From the NCBI GenBank assembly GCA_002633005.1, contig NMRA01000161.1, forward strand, positions 692,803 through 756,802: a stretch of DNA of 64,000 nt, written 5' to 3'. Shown piece after piece: positions 10,934 to 22,546 of the stretch. Below the pieces are notes generated by a model. The model was given only the letters and a program-made list of their open reading frames with translations. It had not been told where the DNA came from and did no database searches. The stretch is from Phoronis australis (lineage: Eukaryota > Animalia > Phoronida). Position 1 is the first letter of the stretch, and every line of letters starts with the position of its first letter. The position numbers and the translations under genes were made by a program.

Positions 10934-13322
10934 TCAGACATTGTATGTACAGTGTATTTGCAATACGGTTGGGTTAGCCCAGCATTTTGATACGCCTTGT
11001 CATGAGCTACTGACGATATTATGTCGACTGGTTGAGTTCATTTTGTGATGAAATGCATTGTAGCATGGCTAGAATTTAAATACACTTTCCGGTTCGGTCA
11101 TCATACTCTACGACTCTGTCATAGTCTGACCGACAGATGGCATGCAAGTTCTGGACACGAGCAAGGTTGACCTCCAGCAGGTTCCCTCAGAAAGGATCAC
11201 AGAAGCGGTGAAGTTAAAGTTGCATTAAACTTGCTCCAGGTGTCAAAAATCAACTTTTTATTTAGTCCAGGTACCATCACATCAATCTTATCTTGTTCCT
11301 TGGTTTGAGAATAAGTGACAGTGTGTTGCTGCTTCAGACCAGGCACATAAGTTGCTTGTCACAGAGGGTCAGCAGTTTCAGTGGCCCATGCAGTATGGCT
11401 GTCAAGAGAACTCCAGTTGTCTTGTTGCTAGTAAGTTCATTTCAAACAAAGGGTAAGAACACAATGATGTTGGTTTGGGCAAGCCAAGTGTGAAGAAAAA
11501 ATGGTTTTGATACCTGGATACTGTTTATGGTAGCTTTAATTGTTTCCTTTAATGCCTTGTTTCCTGTTGACACTTTCAAGTCTTTTAATTGAACATTGTC
11601 CCAATCTGTCAGTGTCTGTTGCTGGATACTGTAGTTGAATTTCATTCTCAGACTGCTTATATCATGGAGACGTAATGTAACTCATGTTCAGTACTACCAC
11701 GCCATCTGCTGGTAAACCTGTGAAGATTTTAATCAAGTCACGGAGTGTCCAGTTTTTGTGAAAGTGTCTTCAGTTCTCGACTGCTGTAAGTGTACATTTC
11801 ATATGTTATAAGGTTATGTGCAGAAAGGTGCTGAAGTATTGCAGTATTTGTACAGCACAGAGCCATTGTGGATGAAAGTCGTGTGTCTTTGGCTGTGGTA
11901 CAGTAAACGTACTACTATTTGAGTCACAGTCGGTTGTTCATAAGTATGGCATTCATTATGTGCAGCTGATTTGCAATACGACTGGCTTGTTTCGGCATTA
12001 TTTTTCATTTAATTAAAGATGAGGCTTTTTATGATATTGCTGTGTTGGAATAATAGTATTTTACACCATTCTTTTGTTGAGGGCCTGGCATATCAAATGC
12101 TTTCTCAGAACATTCGAAACCAGTCTTAGCATCTTGGTAAAACAGGCTGTGGATGGACAGAAATGGGTAACTTTAACCAAAAACTTGCCTCGAGTGAGAC
12201 ACCGTCAACGTAGTTCTTACTCAGATAATAGATAGTTAGACAGTTCCTTCTGAGTGCCCCCTATGTTTAAGAAATCGTACTGAGAACTACCTCGGTGTAA
12301 GTGGACTCTTTAAGTGACATCAATTCTAAGACAGGAAAACCATGCTGTTCCTTTGCTGCTGTTGTGGAAGTTGAGAATTTAAGCACCATATAGGTGGTGC
12401 CGGTGTTCTTATTAGTATTGTATGTGCTTACAGCCAATGCAGGGAAGCTCCTATGTGAAATGGATATTAAAGTTCACAAGATTCCAATTATTGTCAGAAC
12501 CTCAAAATGACTGGTTCTGTTTGTGTTCTCTTCATGTATAAAAGCGGTTTCTTTGTTTATAACCTTAGTATGAGAGGGCGTGGAAATATGGCTCAAAATA
12601 ATCAGCTTATTTTATTGTTTGTGAGATGATCTCTTTGCTGTTGTGAACCGATAAAGCTGCGTAAACCCAGTGTAAGTCAAAAAACAAGTTTTGTTTGGGA
12701 TTACTTATCATTTAAAATGGTTTTAACTTCTTTCTTATTCAGTTGAGAAGTGGTTTCAGGGCTTTTGAAGAAAAAACAGTTCAGTATTGCTAGAGATCGC
12801 GCTTGTGCCATTTAATTACCAGACATGACAAGCTAAGTTGTCGAGTAAGAATGAGTTGGCACTTCTTCCCATGTGGAAGAATCATTAATCTGAGCAGGGT
12901 AAAAGACGAAACCAGTTCTCAAACCGTAAGTAATCTGAATAAAAATTCTTTTGACGCAAGGTGGGGTTGTATGTGCAGCTTGAAGACTGTTGTACAGCTT
13001 AGCACGAGACCGACTCAACACGTTTTGATTTGTTTAACAAAAAATGCGCGTCTTTGGTAACTTTGACTTGAGCTAGGCAGGTGACTGGTTCTAGCTTACT
13101 AGATTTTTAAGGTGCTTCCAGTTCTCAAACTAAACATTGTATTAACGCATACACGCGTATATTGTTTGCCATTTTGTTGATAAGTTAAGATGTATGTACT
13201 AATCGCCTGGAAAGATGGATGTTGGACTGAGTTATTGTAATAAGATCAAAGATATCATTTTGTCAAAGGTTAGGATAGTTGGCACCAAAGACTGTTGTCT
13301 GTGTGTTTTGTGTACAAAAAGA

Positions 13323-13345
13323 AATAAAATGCCTGTTTGAATAAA
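13323..13345 (+). terminator. Probable TRIP12 polyadenylation signals (two AATAAA)
   Basis: AATAAA at 13323-13328 and 13340-13345, at the end of a long TG-rich, repeat-poor tract after the stop. Confidence 0.55.
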
Positions 13346-13628
13346 AGTGTTCTTCACTCAATGCAACTACATGCTGTTGAAATTTTCAGACAGTTGGCAA
13401 ATTTCGTCTGGTCATAGGAGTTAGGGGAATGTTTGCTCCTAGAGTTTGCTGGTTTTCAAGAGAAGGGTTTGGTTGACTTCTCCAACCAAAAAAGCAGAAA
13501 ATCAGTATTTGTAGAGGTTTGTGCGAATACAACAAACAGTGAATTACATTGTTGCATAGTAGATGTTCCCAAAACATGAATAACGACGCTAAATTGATCG
13601 TTGGTGTTGCCAAAGGACACTGTAGAAA

Positions 13629-13773
13629 CAGGGGCGGATCCAGGATTTCGAGTTGAGGGGGGGGGCGGGGCAGGGCAGAGTATTAGCCAGGATTTTGCTG
13701 TCGGACATTCGCACCCCCGAACTGTCAAATAGGGGGGCATGGCCCCTTTGCCACCCCCCTAAATCCACCACTG
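13629..13773. mobile_element. Short GC-rich MITE-like element
   Basis: Termini caggggcggat ... atccaccactg form imperfect TIRs. Confidence 0.65.
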
Positions 13774-14480
13774 GGAAACATTGCTTTGCAGATTTCGCTT
13801 CAATGTGTTGCTGTATTTACCAGGTAAGGCAACTATCAAGTGTGAGCAGTAGACATACGGCCTCGTTCAACCAGGTTATAACGGAACCTTTCTGTAAGAC
13901 TAGTTTACAAGTTTGGTGAGATTAATATGCAAATTGTAAGATATCACCATGCATTACAAGTGAAATGTGACGTCGCTAACTTTTACATGCATGGAGAATT
14001 TTGTGTCGCAACCCTGCATCCGTGGATACCATATGAACAGTTTCCGTTGCTTGGGAGAAGTGTGATATGAAAACATGAACAACAATCAATATTTGCTAAC
14101 AAAAGTAAAGTTTATCTTCCTTATCTAACATCAAATACAAAACCAACGTTACCATTAATGATTAATAATGACTGAAATAAACTTTCACTCAGCATGTCAC
14201 ATCTGAACGCATAAGTCTCTTCTAAATTCTAGTGGAGCTAAATTCTACAGTTAACTACTGCTGGAGTGCAGTTTTCCATCATTTGCTTAATTTTGCTTAG
14301 AGGGTGTGATTGGACACTCCAAAAATCTACTTGTACTTGACTTCAACAAAAGAATCATTAAACCTGAACTGGTTAACACATCTACCCGTCATGTACTTAA
14401 TTCTTACTAATCCGAAAAAAGGAACTCTGGATAACCCACTGCTAATCCTGGATAACCTACTGCTAATGTTGGATAACCAC

Positions 14481-14661
14481 CTAGCCTTTGAAACAGTTCT
14501 TGTGGATATAGTCTAGTGACTTCCTGAGGTTGTGTGCAGCGAGAGGTCCCTCAAACCTGACAGGTCGACCTGCGCACACTGTATTGCGAACCAGATTCTC
14601 CAGCCAGGTGTCCCTGTCTTGGATCTTTGTCGGCTCCATTGAGCAAGAAGTGGTTGGCAGA
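14481..14661 (-). CDS. Gene B terminal coding exon (LPTTSCSMEPTKIQDRDTWLENLVRNTVCAGRPVRFEGPLAAHNLRKSLDYIHKNCFKG*)
   Basis: ttttccAG acceptor; phase-2 start fits the previous exon; TAG at 14483-14481. Confidence 0.75.
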
Positions 14662-15384
14662 CTGGAAAATTTGCAGAATTAAAAATCTCTTTCAAAAGCG
14701 GTCCTTTTATGACAAACTTTTGTTTGGGAACACAGTGGAACTGATAGGGATATACAAAAACGATACTTCATTCCTGGACTGTTAGGGAATTGAAAGCAAT
14801 GGCTCCATCAGCACACATCGAATCACACCCGGTCCCACGAATGAAATAGGTTGAACCGCAGCACATTTCACCTGGGCAATACTTTTCATCTGAATAGGCC
14901 GATTCTAGAAGGGAATTTTTTTTTGAAACAATGGCGAACTGAGATTCAATTGCAGGAAAAATTGAACAATACCCAGCCCCAAGTATGTGGGTATTGTTCA
15001 ATGCTTCTTGCAGTTTGTCTCAAGATCGACACACATCATGTTAGCATGTGTTGCAAATGCTGCTTAAAAAAGTTGGCAGTGGTGACCAACCACTAGTAGA
15101 AGCAGAAAACAAACCGAAACCATCTGCATATCACATGACCACAAATCCCACCCAACACCAAAAACACTGCCAAGAATAACATACAAGTTAAAACCCTGTT
15201 TAGCTGGTTAAAAATCAAAAACAAATTGGGCCTTTTATTCTCATAAAACTAGACTGATAGGATAATTAAGTCACATCAATGTCTACATGAACCATTTTAG
15301 AATTCACAATTTTACAGATCAAGTTTGAGTCTAATACTGGAATAAAAACTTACAAAAATAGCGACGTTGCCTCCACATCTCACA

Positions 15385-15730
15385 GACTTCAGCTTGGCTT
15401 GTGATGTTAGCGTTATTCTGGCCAATTGGTGGTCTTTTGGCTAAACGGCGTGGCATTGACGTCAGTACACCATACCATAAGTGTGACAAATCGAATCGTA
15501 AACCGTCTCTTCTATTTAAAGAGGGACTCTCAATACGCTCATGGAGAGCTTCCTTTACACCCCTTCTGAACCAGTCTTCCTCACAGTCTAAGATAGTAAC
15601 ATCATCCGTATTGAAATCATGTCCAGTGGCGCACATGTGGGATGGTGTACTGACGTCAATGCCGTGCCGTTTAGCCAAAACGCCACCAATTGGTCAGAAT
15701 ACCGATAACGTCACAAGCCAAGCTGAAGTC
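15385..15730 (-). mobile_element. Penelope-like retroelement 3' fragment (GIY-YIG endonuclease tail) with inverted terminal copy
   Basis: HMCATGHDFNTDDVTILDCEEDWFRRGVKEALHERIESPSLNRRDG is typical of PLE GIY-YIG; 15385-15473 is inverted at 15642-15730. Confidence 0.8.
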
Positions 15731-15969
15731 ACGAATTCCAGTATTAGACTCAAACTTGATGTCTCAAAATTTTCATGCTTTTACAATTTTACAGTTAGCC
15801 ACACCCAAAAATGAAGTGTTTTTTGAGTTCCCAATGGTAGTAATGCTCTTTTTGGTAACAAATGTAGTTATTTAGCAAGCTGAACAGAAAAAAATGCAGC
15901 TTTGACTGATTGGTGAACTGAGAAATTCACCAAGCAATGACTCGACATGCATCCCTCATTCACACATAC

Positions 15970-16042
15970 CGCGATGGTAACAGAGGCCTGTTGCTGAACT
16001 GGTCCACCAGATATTGTTCAATCTTGTCATCACAGTCCAGTC
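15970..16042 (-). CDS. Gene B exon (GLDCDDKIEQYLVDQFSNRPLLPSR)
   Basis: actttcAG / GTATGT; phase 1 to 2. Confidence 0.8.
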
Positions 16043-16502
16043 CTGAAAGTGAACATGAAGCACTTTCATTTACACAGTCCAGTTTACTGATGAAAAATTA
16101 AAACTGAAGTACGTAATACGTTACTTCTTATTAGGTCCCACTATATTTTCTGACAGACCCCATTATTCAAAATAATACGACAGTTTTGCACCTAATTGGC
16201 ACATAATAAGGTGAACGAATGAAATTTTGTTTTCTCAATATTTTCTATGAAAACGAGGATTAAGAAATTTAATTTGGTTTAGCTTCATTTCTGCAACATA
16301 AACATCATGAAGTAGCAGTTAGTCAAGTTTCTACTATTGGCCGAGGTAATCGGGTTTTGAAAGGTGGAAAATTGACAATTTTAACCATTCTTTGCGTGCA
16401 AAATCAGTGGAGAACCCTACTTTTGAAACACACGAATGTCTCGACATAACATCACTACATGTTGCGCACCCACATGCTGCATGGAATGTGACTGTAACTT
16501 AC

Positions 16503-16597
16503 CAAGACGTGCCATTCTGGCCCAGAATGAACTCTCCAAGAGAGGCTGGGGAGGATGGGAACCCGGCGGACCTCGGCGACATTCATCTTCCACTACG
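16503..16597 (-). CDS. Gene B exon (VVEDECRRGPPGSHPPQPLLESSFWARMARL)
   Basis: ttttcttgtcataacAG / GTAAGT; phase 2 to 1; GC-rich. Confidence 0.82.
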
Positions 16598-17420
16598 CTG
16601 TTATGACAAGAAAATTGAACACATTCATTGAAATGTGCCATGTGGGACAGCATTCAGTAATAAACAAAATACAAACAGATCATTAATTAAAGTTACACAT
16701 TCAAATAAAAGGCCCTTATCCAATCCGACTAAATGCTTCCTGGAAGCGTACAACGACATATTTCAGGTTGTACAACTGGAAAAAAATTGTGAGGTTGAAG
16801 TCACAGGAAATGGACATCAAAACCTTAACCTTCTCAACTGCAAAATCATATTGTCAAGGGAATTTTTCTGGAATGTTCCATTTTAAGTGCTTAAAACCAA
16901 CATTTACCTGGTTTTGACAAGTGACTAATCGTCAGCGTCATTAAACCTAAGAACTGCACATCACAATCGTGAAGTCAATATCAAAAAATGAAGAAAAGCT
17001 AAAGTTTCGTAGCTCCTCAGACATAAGTGTGACGTTAGCACCAGCGTGTCATATCCAACTGCAATCGAGTTTCTTGTACAAACTTACGCCATAAGCCAGT
17101 GACTTACAGAAAGTGAAACAATCGACAGAATGGCTAAATACCAAGTTGTAACAACCAATACAAACACAATGCCTCACCCTTCCAGTTGTACCATAAATCT
17201 CAGGAAAACGACCAGCAATATCTGACGACTTCACACTAAACACACTGGAAGAGGACTAGTGCTGTGATTGGTGTTCCCGATTTTTCATAGTACGTGCCAA
17301 CCAATGAATGCTCGTAACTCATGATCAGCTAATGATAGTGTTCGCGGGTGTACTAATTTGATAGCTGATTGGTTGATCAGGTGGTTCGTTTTTTGTGTTT
17401 TCATATGAAATTGGTAACAT

Positions 17421-17845
17421 TAGTGCCGTTTACACTTACAAAGTTGACACGGATCAGCTGACACGGAACAAGTTGTTCCAGTGTGTAAACAGACTGACAC
17501 GGCGCAAATTGACACCGCGGTGACAAATTTTTGCCACCCGTTTGTGAGGTAGAGTAATTTGCCCCCGAACATCTTGCGCCGTGTCAATTATAAGTCTAAA
17601 CGCGAAACTGGAGTAAGGCGGAAAGGATCATCTCTACTGCGCTTGCCTAATGACCTACGTACGGGTTCTTTGTCTATGCAACTCTCGTCATTTGCAAACC
17701 TGCGCATGTGCGATCCAGTCTCTCCAGCCTTTAATTTCCGTCTTGCCATGGTTAGTGAGTTGTGTGTGTAAACGGCCGCTTGGCACGGGTCAGTTTGCTC
17801 CGTGTCAGTTGCGCCGGACCAAAAGTTGATATCTAAATGGGACTA
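17421..17845. mobile_element. Harbinger/PIF-like MITE
   Basis: Imperfect TIRs tagtgccgtttacac / atctaaatgggacta; internal gacacgg repeats in both orientations. Confidence 0.6.
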
Positions 17846-18047
17846 TAAAGAACTTTAAGAGCCAGTCACCATATGAAAATACCCCAAGCATAAATGATTT
17901 TGACTTTTCTTACCAAAACTGCCATTTTCATAATGAATGCAACAAGCTCATGCATCACAGAAAACTCCAGCAAGAACACAAGGAGCACTCCTTTTGAAAA
18001 TCATTTGTTTTCCTATTTTACATCATTTACAATTAGTAGTCCATTAC

Positions 18048-18176
18048 CCAATCACACGGACAATCTTGGCGACACGGTAACGATTACCATGCCGGTCTGG
18101 CAGACCACAAGCCAGGAATTCTATGATGGTGTCCTTAGGTGGCAGAGACACCATGCCAAATAGCCTACAAGTGTCG
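18048..18176 (-). CDS. Gene B exon (DTCRLFGMVSLPPKDTIIEFLACGLPDRHGNRYRVAKIVRVIG)
   Basis: cttcctgcacAG / GTAATG; phase 2 to 2. Confidence 0.8.
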
Positions 18177-19430
18177 CTGTGCAGGAAGACACTTTCAATA
18201 CCTTCTGGAAATGGCTCACAGGCTCTGAAAAAAAGAACACCAAAAACGGGAATTTTAGTTAAAACGTGCATGGCGCTAAACAAACAAGGGCATAGCCTGC
18301 AGAAAAGCATGATTGTGTAGAGATAATAATAGTGACCCCTTGCACATGGAAGTCTGCACACTGAACAGCTGTCTATGTACTAATTTGCTCATTACCATGA
18401 TGGTTCTTAAAAGAATGAATGTGGAGGAAAAGCAAATGTTTTTGTGCTTTTAACAGAATTACAAATTGCCGGTTATAGGTAAAAAAAAACAGAATGGTTC
18501 GGTCTGTGATTTTTTGAGAATTAATGCAATAATCAAGCAGTATTAGCTGCACATTTCTCAGACGAGCTGAAATAGTGAAGTATATCATTTTCCGCAACAT
18601 GACACTTTTTCCTCTCCTTCAGTGGTCAGGTGACAAGACTTGTGTTACCACACATCTCCCTTATTTGTCAGTTAGTTCATAAAAAGGCGACTGTTGCTGA
18701 CTTGGCATGCCACTTTGCTCAACTGCCTCAGATACATATACAGGTTTGGAAAAAAAGAATTTCAATAAAATGTGATGCGGGTGAATGTTTTTCTTTAAGA
18801 AAACATGACACAAGTTTCGAAATAAGTCGAGTGCAGATCAGAACCAATAACGTCATTTTCCTCAGTCTTATCTTTACATTTCTATTAGAACATTAGTGGC
18901 CTGTTAACAAGTCATGGAACACCAACAAAATTATATAACTGACATACAATCTTGCTTTTGTGCTAGCGTCAACAGGAAGCGGCGCCAACGACATCACTTT
19001 CTCGTGTTGCATACATAATTGACACGATGCAGAAAAATACAAAGCGGTGGAAATCCGCTGGCACTCAATAGACTCGGGCTACGATCTTCCTGCCACTTCC
19101 AGAACTTACTCCCAAAAATCCGACATGGGTTTCATCGCAAGACATATGACAATATGTGATGACAGATACAGGCGTGGCCCCAGTTTCCCGCCGTTCTACC
19201 TGATGAAGGTCTCAAGAGGAGACCGAAAGCTAGTGGTCTCTATATAAACTTCATGACTCCGAAAGGTAACTTCACATTATGCAGGCACTATATAAAATTT
19301 AATTAACATTTAACCTAGTGTAAGTCATTCAGTGGCTTTGTACTGAGTACAGGCATTTAACCTTGACATGAAAATAAAGACCAAAGTACCAATCTGTCAG
19401 GATGTGTAAGAGTAAAAACTAAAGTCATAC

Positions 19431-19617
19431 CTTGCCAAAGGGTGGCTGCAAGAAGTCACAAAGCAGAAGTCCCTGGAAAAGCGTGCCACAACGCCAATAT
19501 GACGACTGACAGGGTGTGGAACGTACTGAATGTCATCGGGGTCATACAGATGGACAGCGGGACGAGTAAAGAGAGCTGGAGCAACGGAAAAGTCTGGCAT
19601 GGTTCTCACGTCTACAC
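19431..19617 (-). CDS. Gene B exon (GVDVRTMPDFSVAPALFTRPAVHLYDPDDIQYVPHPVSRHIGVVARFSRDFCFVTSCSHPLA)
   Basis: ttctctAG / GTATGA; only one open frame; phase 1 to 2. Confidence 0.82.
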
Positions 19618-20399
19618 CTAGAGAATGTTCACAAGTTGAATTGAGCAGGAATGGGAAAACAATGAGGCAGACAAGATGTGCAACAAAATCTCGGACACTT
19701 TAATAGGGGGACTAGTGGAATGATATGCTCTCAATTTTCTTTAAAAAAATCAACACCACACTTATTACTTTATCATTATTATGTTAAGCACCGTATTTCG
19801 TCAGTAACGTTAGAGCCTCTGGAAAAACGAAAATGGGCAATCATGGCCATAATCTCTCTCCAAAATGCATGAAATTTCACCATCAGCTTCACACAAATCT
19901 GATGTCTGTAGTACTAAATAAAGGAGAATTCTACTACCAGGTAGTGAAATGCATCTCAGAACAACGAAAATAGGAATCTATTACACAGAAACAATACAAG
20001 GATCCCTAACTCAACAAAGGACTGTAGTATAATTAGACAAATCAGTGATCATATGGTCAAGACATGATAACTACAGAAGTCCAACATAATCCGCGGAGCC
20101 TGAATCTCTTATATTATCAAAATGCACAAGCCTCCTCAGTCACTCAGCATTCTTTTCTCTAAGACAAAATTCTTATCTCACAAAGTGCGAGTCTATAGGT
20201 TTCCTTTCTCATGCACCACAGTTCCTTTCTATCAAACATCTTTTTCACACAAAGTACTTTTTCACAGAACAGCATTCCAAATTCTTCACAAGCAGTATTT
20301 GTTACTTCAGATTAGAAAGCCATTACAAGAACCCAGAGAGCAGTTGGTGACAGAGGAAGCCTTAAGCTCCCATGACAATGCGACATAATCCACCGATAC

Positions 20400-20565
20400 C
20401 TTCCTGCTGAACAATGCTAGAGCGAATGGAGACAACAAGTTGGAAGTGAGGCAATGCGTCAACATGGGATTGATCTCCCAGGATAGACCACAACGGACAG
20501 CCACTGATGACGAGTATACCAGACTGTGCTGGAGTATCCTTAGATTGTTGGGTAGCTGAGAATAC
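20400..20565 (-). CDS. Gene B exon (VFSATQQSKDTPAQSGILVISGCPLWSILGDQSHVDALPHFQLVVSIRSSIVQQE)
   Basis: ctctatctctAG / GTATCG; phase 0 to 1 frame joins the downstream exon (a second frame is also open). Confidence 0.72.
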
Positions 20566-20640
20566 CTAGAGATAGAGGGGAGAGTGCAATCCGATTTTAC
20601 ATGGTTAACAATTACAATAAAGGGCTTAAAAATAACAATC

Positions 20641-20780
20641 ACTAACAGTAACAATAATAACAACAATAATAATAATGATAATTATAATGATAATGATGAT
20701 AATAATAACAACAAATAAGTGAAATTACAATTATATTTGATGCAGTAGTGGTAACAGTATTAGAGGAGGTAGTAGTAGCA
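20641..20780. repeat. Compound (AAT/AAC/GAT)n microsatellite
   Basis: Seen directly. Confidence 0.85.
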
Positions 20781-20939
20781 AGTCTTGCCATGCCAAGAAT
20801 TAAGGTGTTTAAGGCAACAAACATATTCACCACAGTGTGATTTTCATATTTTTAGGTTCATAGCCACATGCCAACTACAGCATTTCAACTTTCTTATGAT
20901 CTAAAAATGTGAGTACCCTGCACATAACTTTTCACTTAC

Positions 20940-20978
20940 ATGGCCAATGCGGATATTTTCACCCGTGTGCTTGTACAA
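20940..20978 (-). CDS. Gene B small exon (LYKHTGENIRIGH)
   Basis: ttctctcccAG / GTAAGT; 39 nt. Confidence 0.7.
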
Positions 20979-21442
20979 CTGGGAGAGAATGTTCAAATGG
21001 CTGGAAAACAACAAACATGACCATGACAGTGACAGTTCTCAATAGTTATTACATTCATTATTTGCACACAATCGAACAATTGCCCAGCAGACAAATGATG
21101 ACAAAAATTCGGTCAGCATTTGATGAGGTAGTCATTTGTCCACCAACACCAACCTCATCACACACAGGCACAATTCCTATTGTGCTTCAAAGCACTGCCA
21201 CTTGCGTAAATATTCAGCTCCATAGAACTGAGATTAGCATTCTTGACATTTTGGTTTGTTGTCTGCAGCGAATGTTGTAGCTACTATTGCAAAGAAAAAA
21301 CTTCCAAAAACCTAACTATATGTATTGAACTCAAGGCATAGTTTTTAGTAAAAATATTTTCAGAAAATTTCATTATTAGAAAAGGAGCACATAATAAAGA
21401 TGAAAGGATAGAAAAAGATATGTGAGTAAAGAATGCCACAGA

Positions 21443-21522
21443 GGAGGCAGTGTGGCCAAATGTGAGAAGTGCCAGCTTTCTTTACTCGAGGTCGTGGGTT
21501 CAAGTCCCACTCGGCCACACTG
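21443..21522 (+). mobile_element. tRNA-derived SINE head
   Basis: A-box-like gtggccaaatg, B-box ggttcaagtcc; no convincing cloverleaf. Confidence 0.65.
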
Positions 21523-22101
21523 CTAAACCCTTGAGTCGCGTTTCTAGCTCCTCAGCTCGGTTTTAACCAAATATTGATAAAGCATAAAAATGGTTCCAGG
21601 TGATCAGAGCAATGGGCCCACATGCGCAGCTTGTGCAAGTCTGGTACCAGACCGCCTGCAATTACTTTTTATTTTGAAGAATGACACAAATTTGTGAAAG
21701 ATTAAGGAAACATAGTTTGAGTCCCTATATGCTTCATGCAATCAGGTATTGCATTCTCCACTTTGTCTCTCACTCTTCTCACTCTAGCAATAGCTACATT
21801 AACAGATTAGAAGTGGTCTAACATGTCGGGCTTTTAAACAAATCAAAGGAGTTTGGAGAAAAAACATGATAAAACTGCCAAGTCACATTCAACTTATAAA
21901 TAGCTATGTGGAAGAGACACCCACACCATCAGTAGTAAAAACAAACACTATACAATCCCAGCTAGTAACCACTAGAAAAATAAATCTGGAACACAAAACG
22001 ATCTCTACTTACAATACATCCAAACTTTCATTATTGATATTCTTAGGATATCTCAAGAGAGAACGGTGACAACTTCACGATCCATAATTCCCATAATCCA
22101 A

Positions 22102-22226
22102 GTTATATGGCTATAGTTGGATATAACGTGCGCACATTTTGAGAACCAGTTTGACGACTGCTATTCAGTGGAGAAAACTGGTTCTCAAAATTCAGTAACA
22201 TTATATCCAACCGTTACCAGTTATAA
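22102..22226. repeat. Imperfect palindrome / tiny MITE
   Basis: gttggatataa...ttttgagaaccagttt pairs with aaactggttctcaaaa...ttatatccaac. Confidence 0.75.
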
Positions 22227-22435
22227 AGCAGTAAAACAGTGTCCTATGACATTTTGAGCAATCGGATAATAACTATGTCATGACACATGTAAAGTAAAAA
22301 GAAATGGACTTACAGGGTCTTGTTGAAAACATAATCACCCAATTTCTGTTGAGAAATAGAGGACAGAGATTTTTCTACACAGGCCTTTGTAGGAAACACC
22401 ACCTATTGGACAGGTAAAAATTACATTCTGTCAAT

Positions 22436-22546
22436 GAGGTAAGAATTTTTCAATTAAATTCTAAAGCAGGTTATTGTTGGTGATTTGCAAGAGGTAAGAA
22501 TTTTTCAATTAAATTCTAAAGCAGGTTATTGTTGGTGATTTGCAAG
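22436..22546. repeat. Perfect 55-bp tandem duplication
   Basis: gaggtaagaatttttcaattaaattctaaagcaggttattgttggtgatttgcaa x2. Confidence 0.9.

Noticed and set aside
14513-15001. Two minus-strand ORFs in the same frame separated by one UGA (possible selenocysteine or readthrough)
   Set aside because: The upstream part is intronic, the real terminal exon uses a different frame, and I saw no SECIS-like structure.
19792-19818. 27-nt minus-strand micro-exon (EALTLLTKY)
   Set aside because: Good acceptor but poor donor (GTGCTT), repeat-like context, and not needed for frame.
20306-20399. Extension of the 20565 exon through an in-frame UGA to a GTAACA donor (Sec hypothesis)
   Set aside because: A simpler stop-free model exists using the donor at 20399 and skipping the 32-nt exon.
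21443-21522. Possible tRNA gene
   Set aside because: A and B boxes are present but the stems do not pair; a SINE head fits better. Similar relics occur at about 6770-6825 and 55635-55695.
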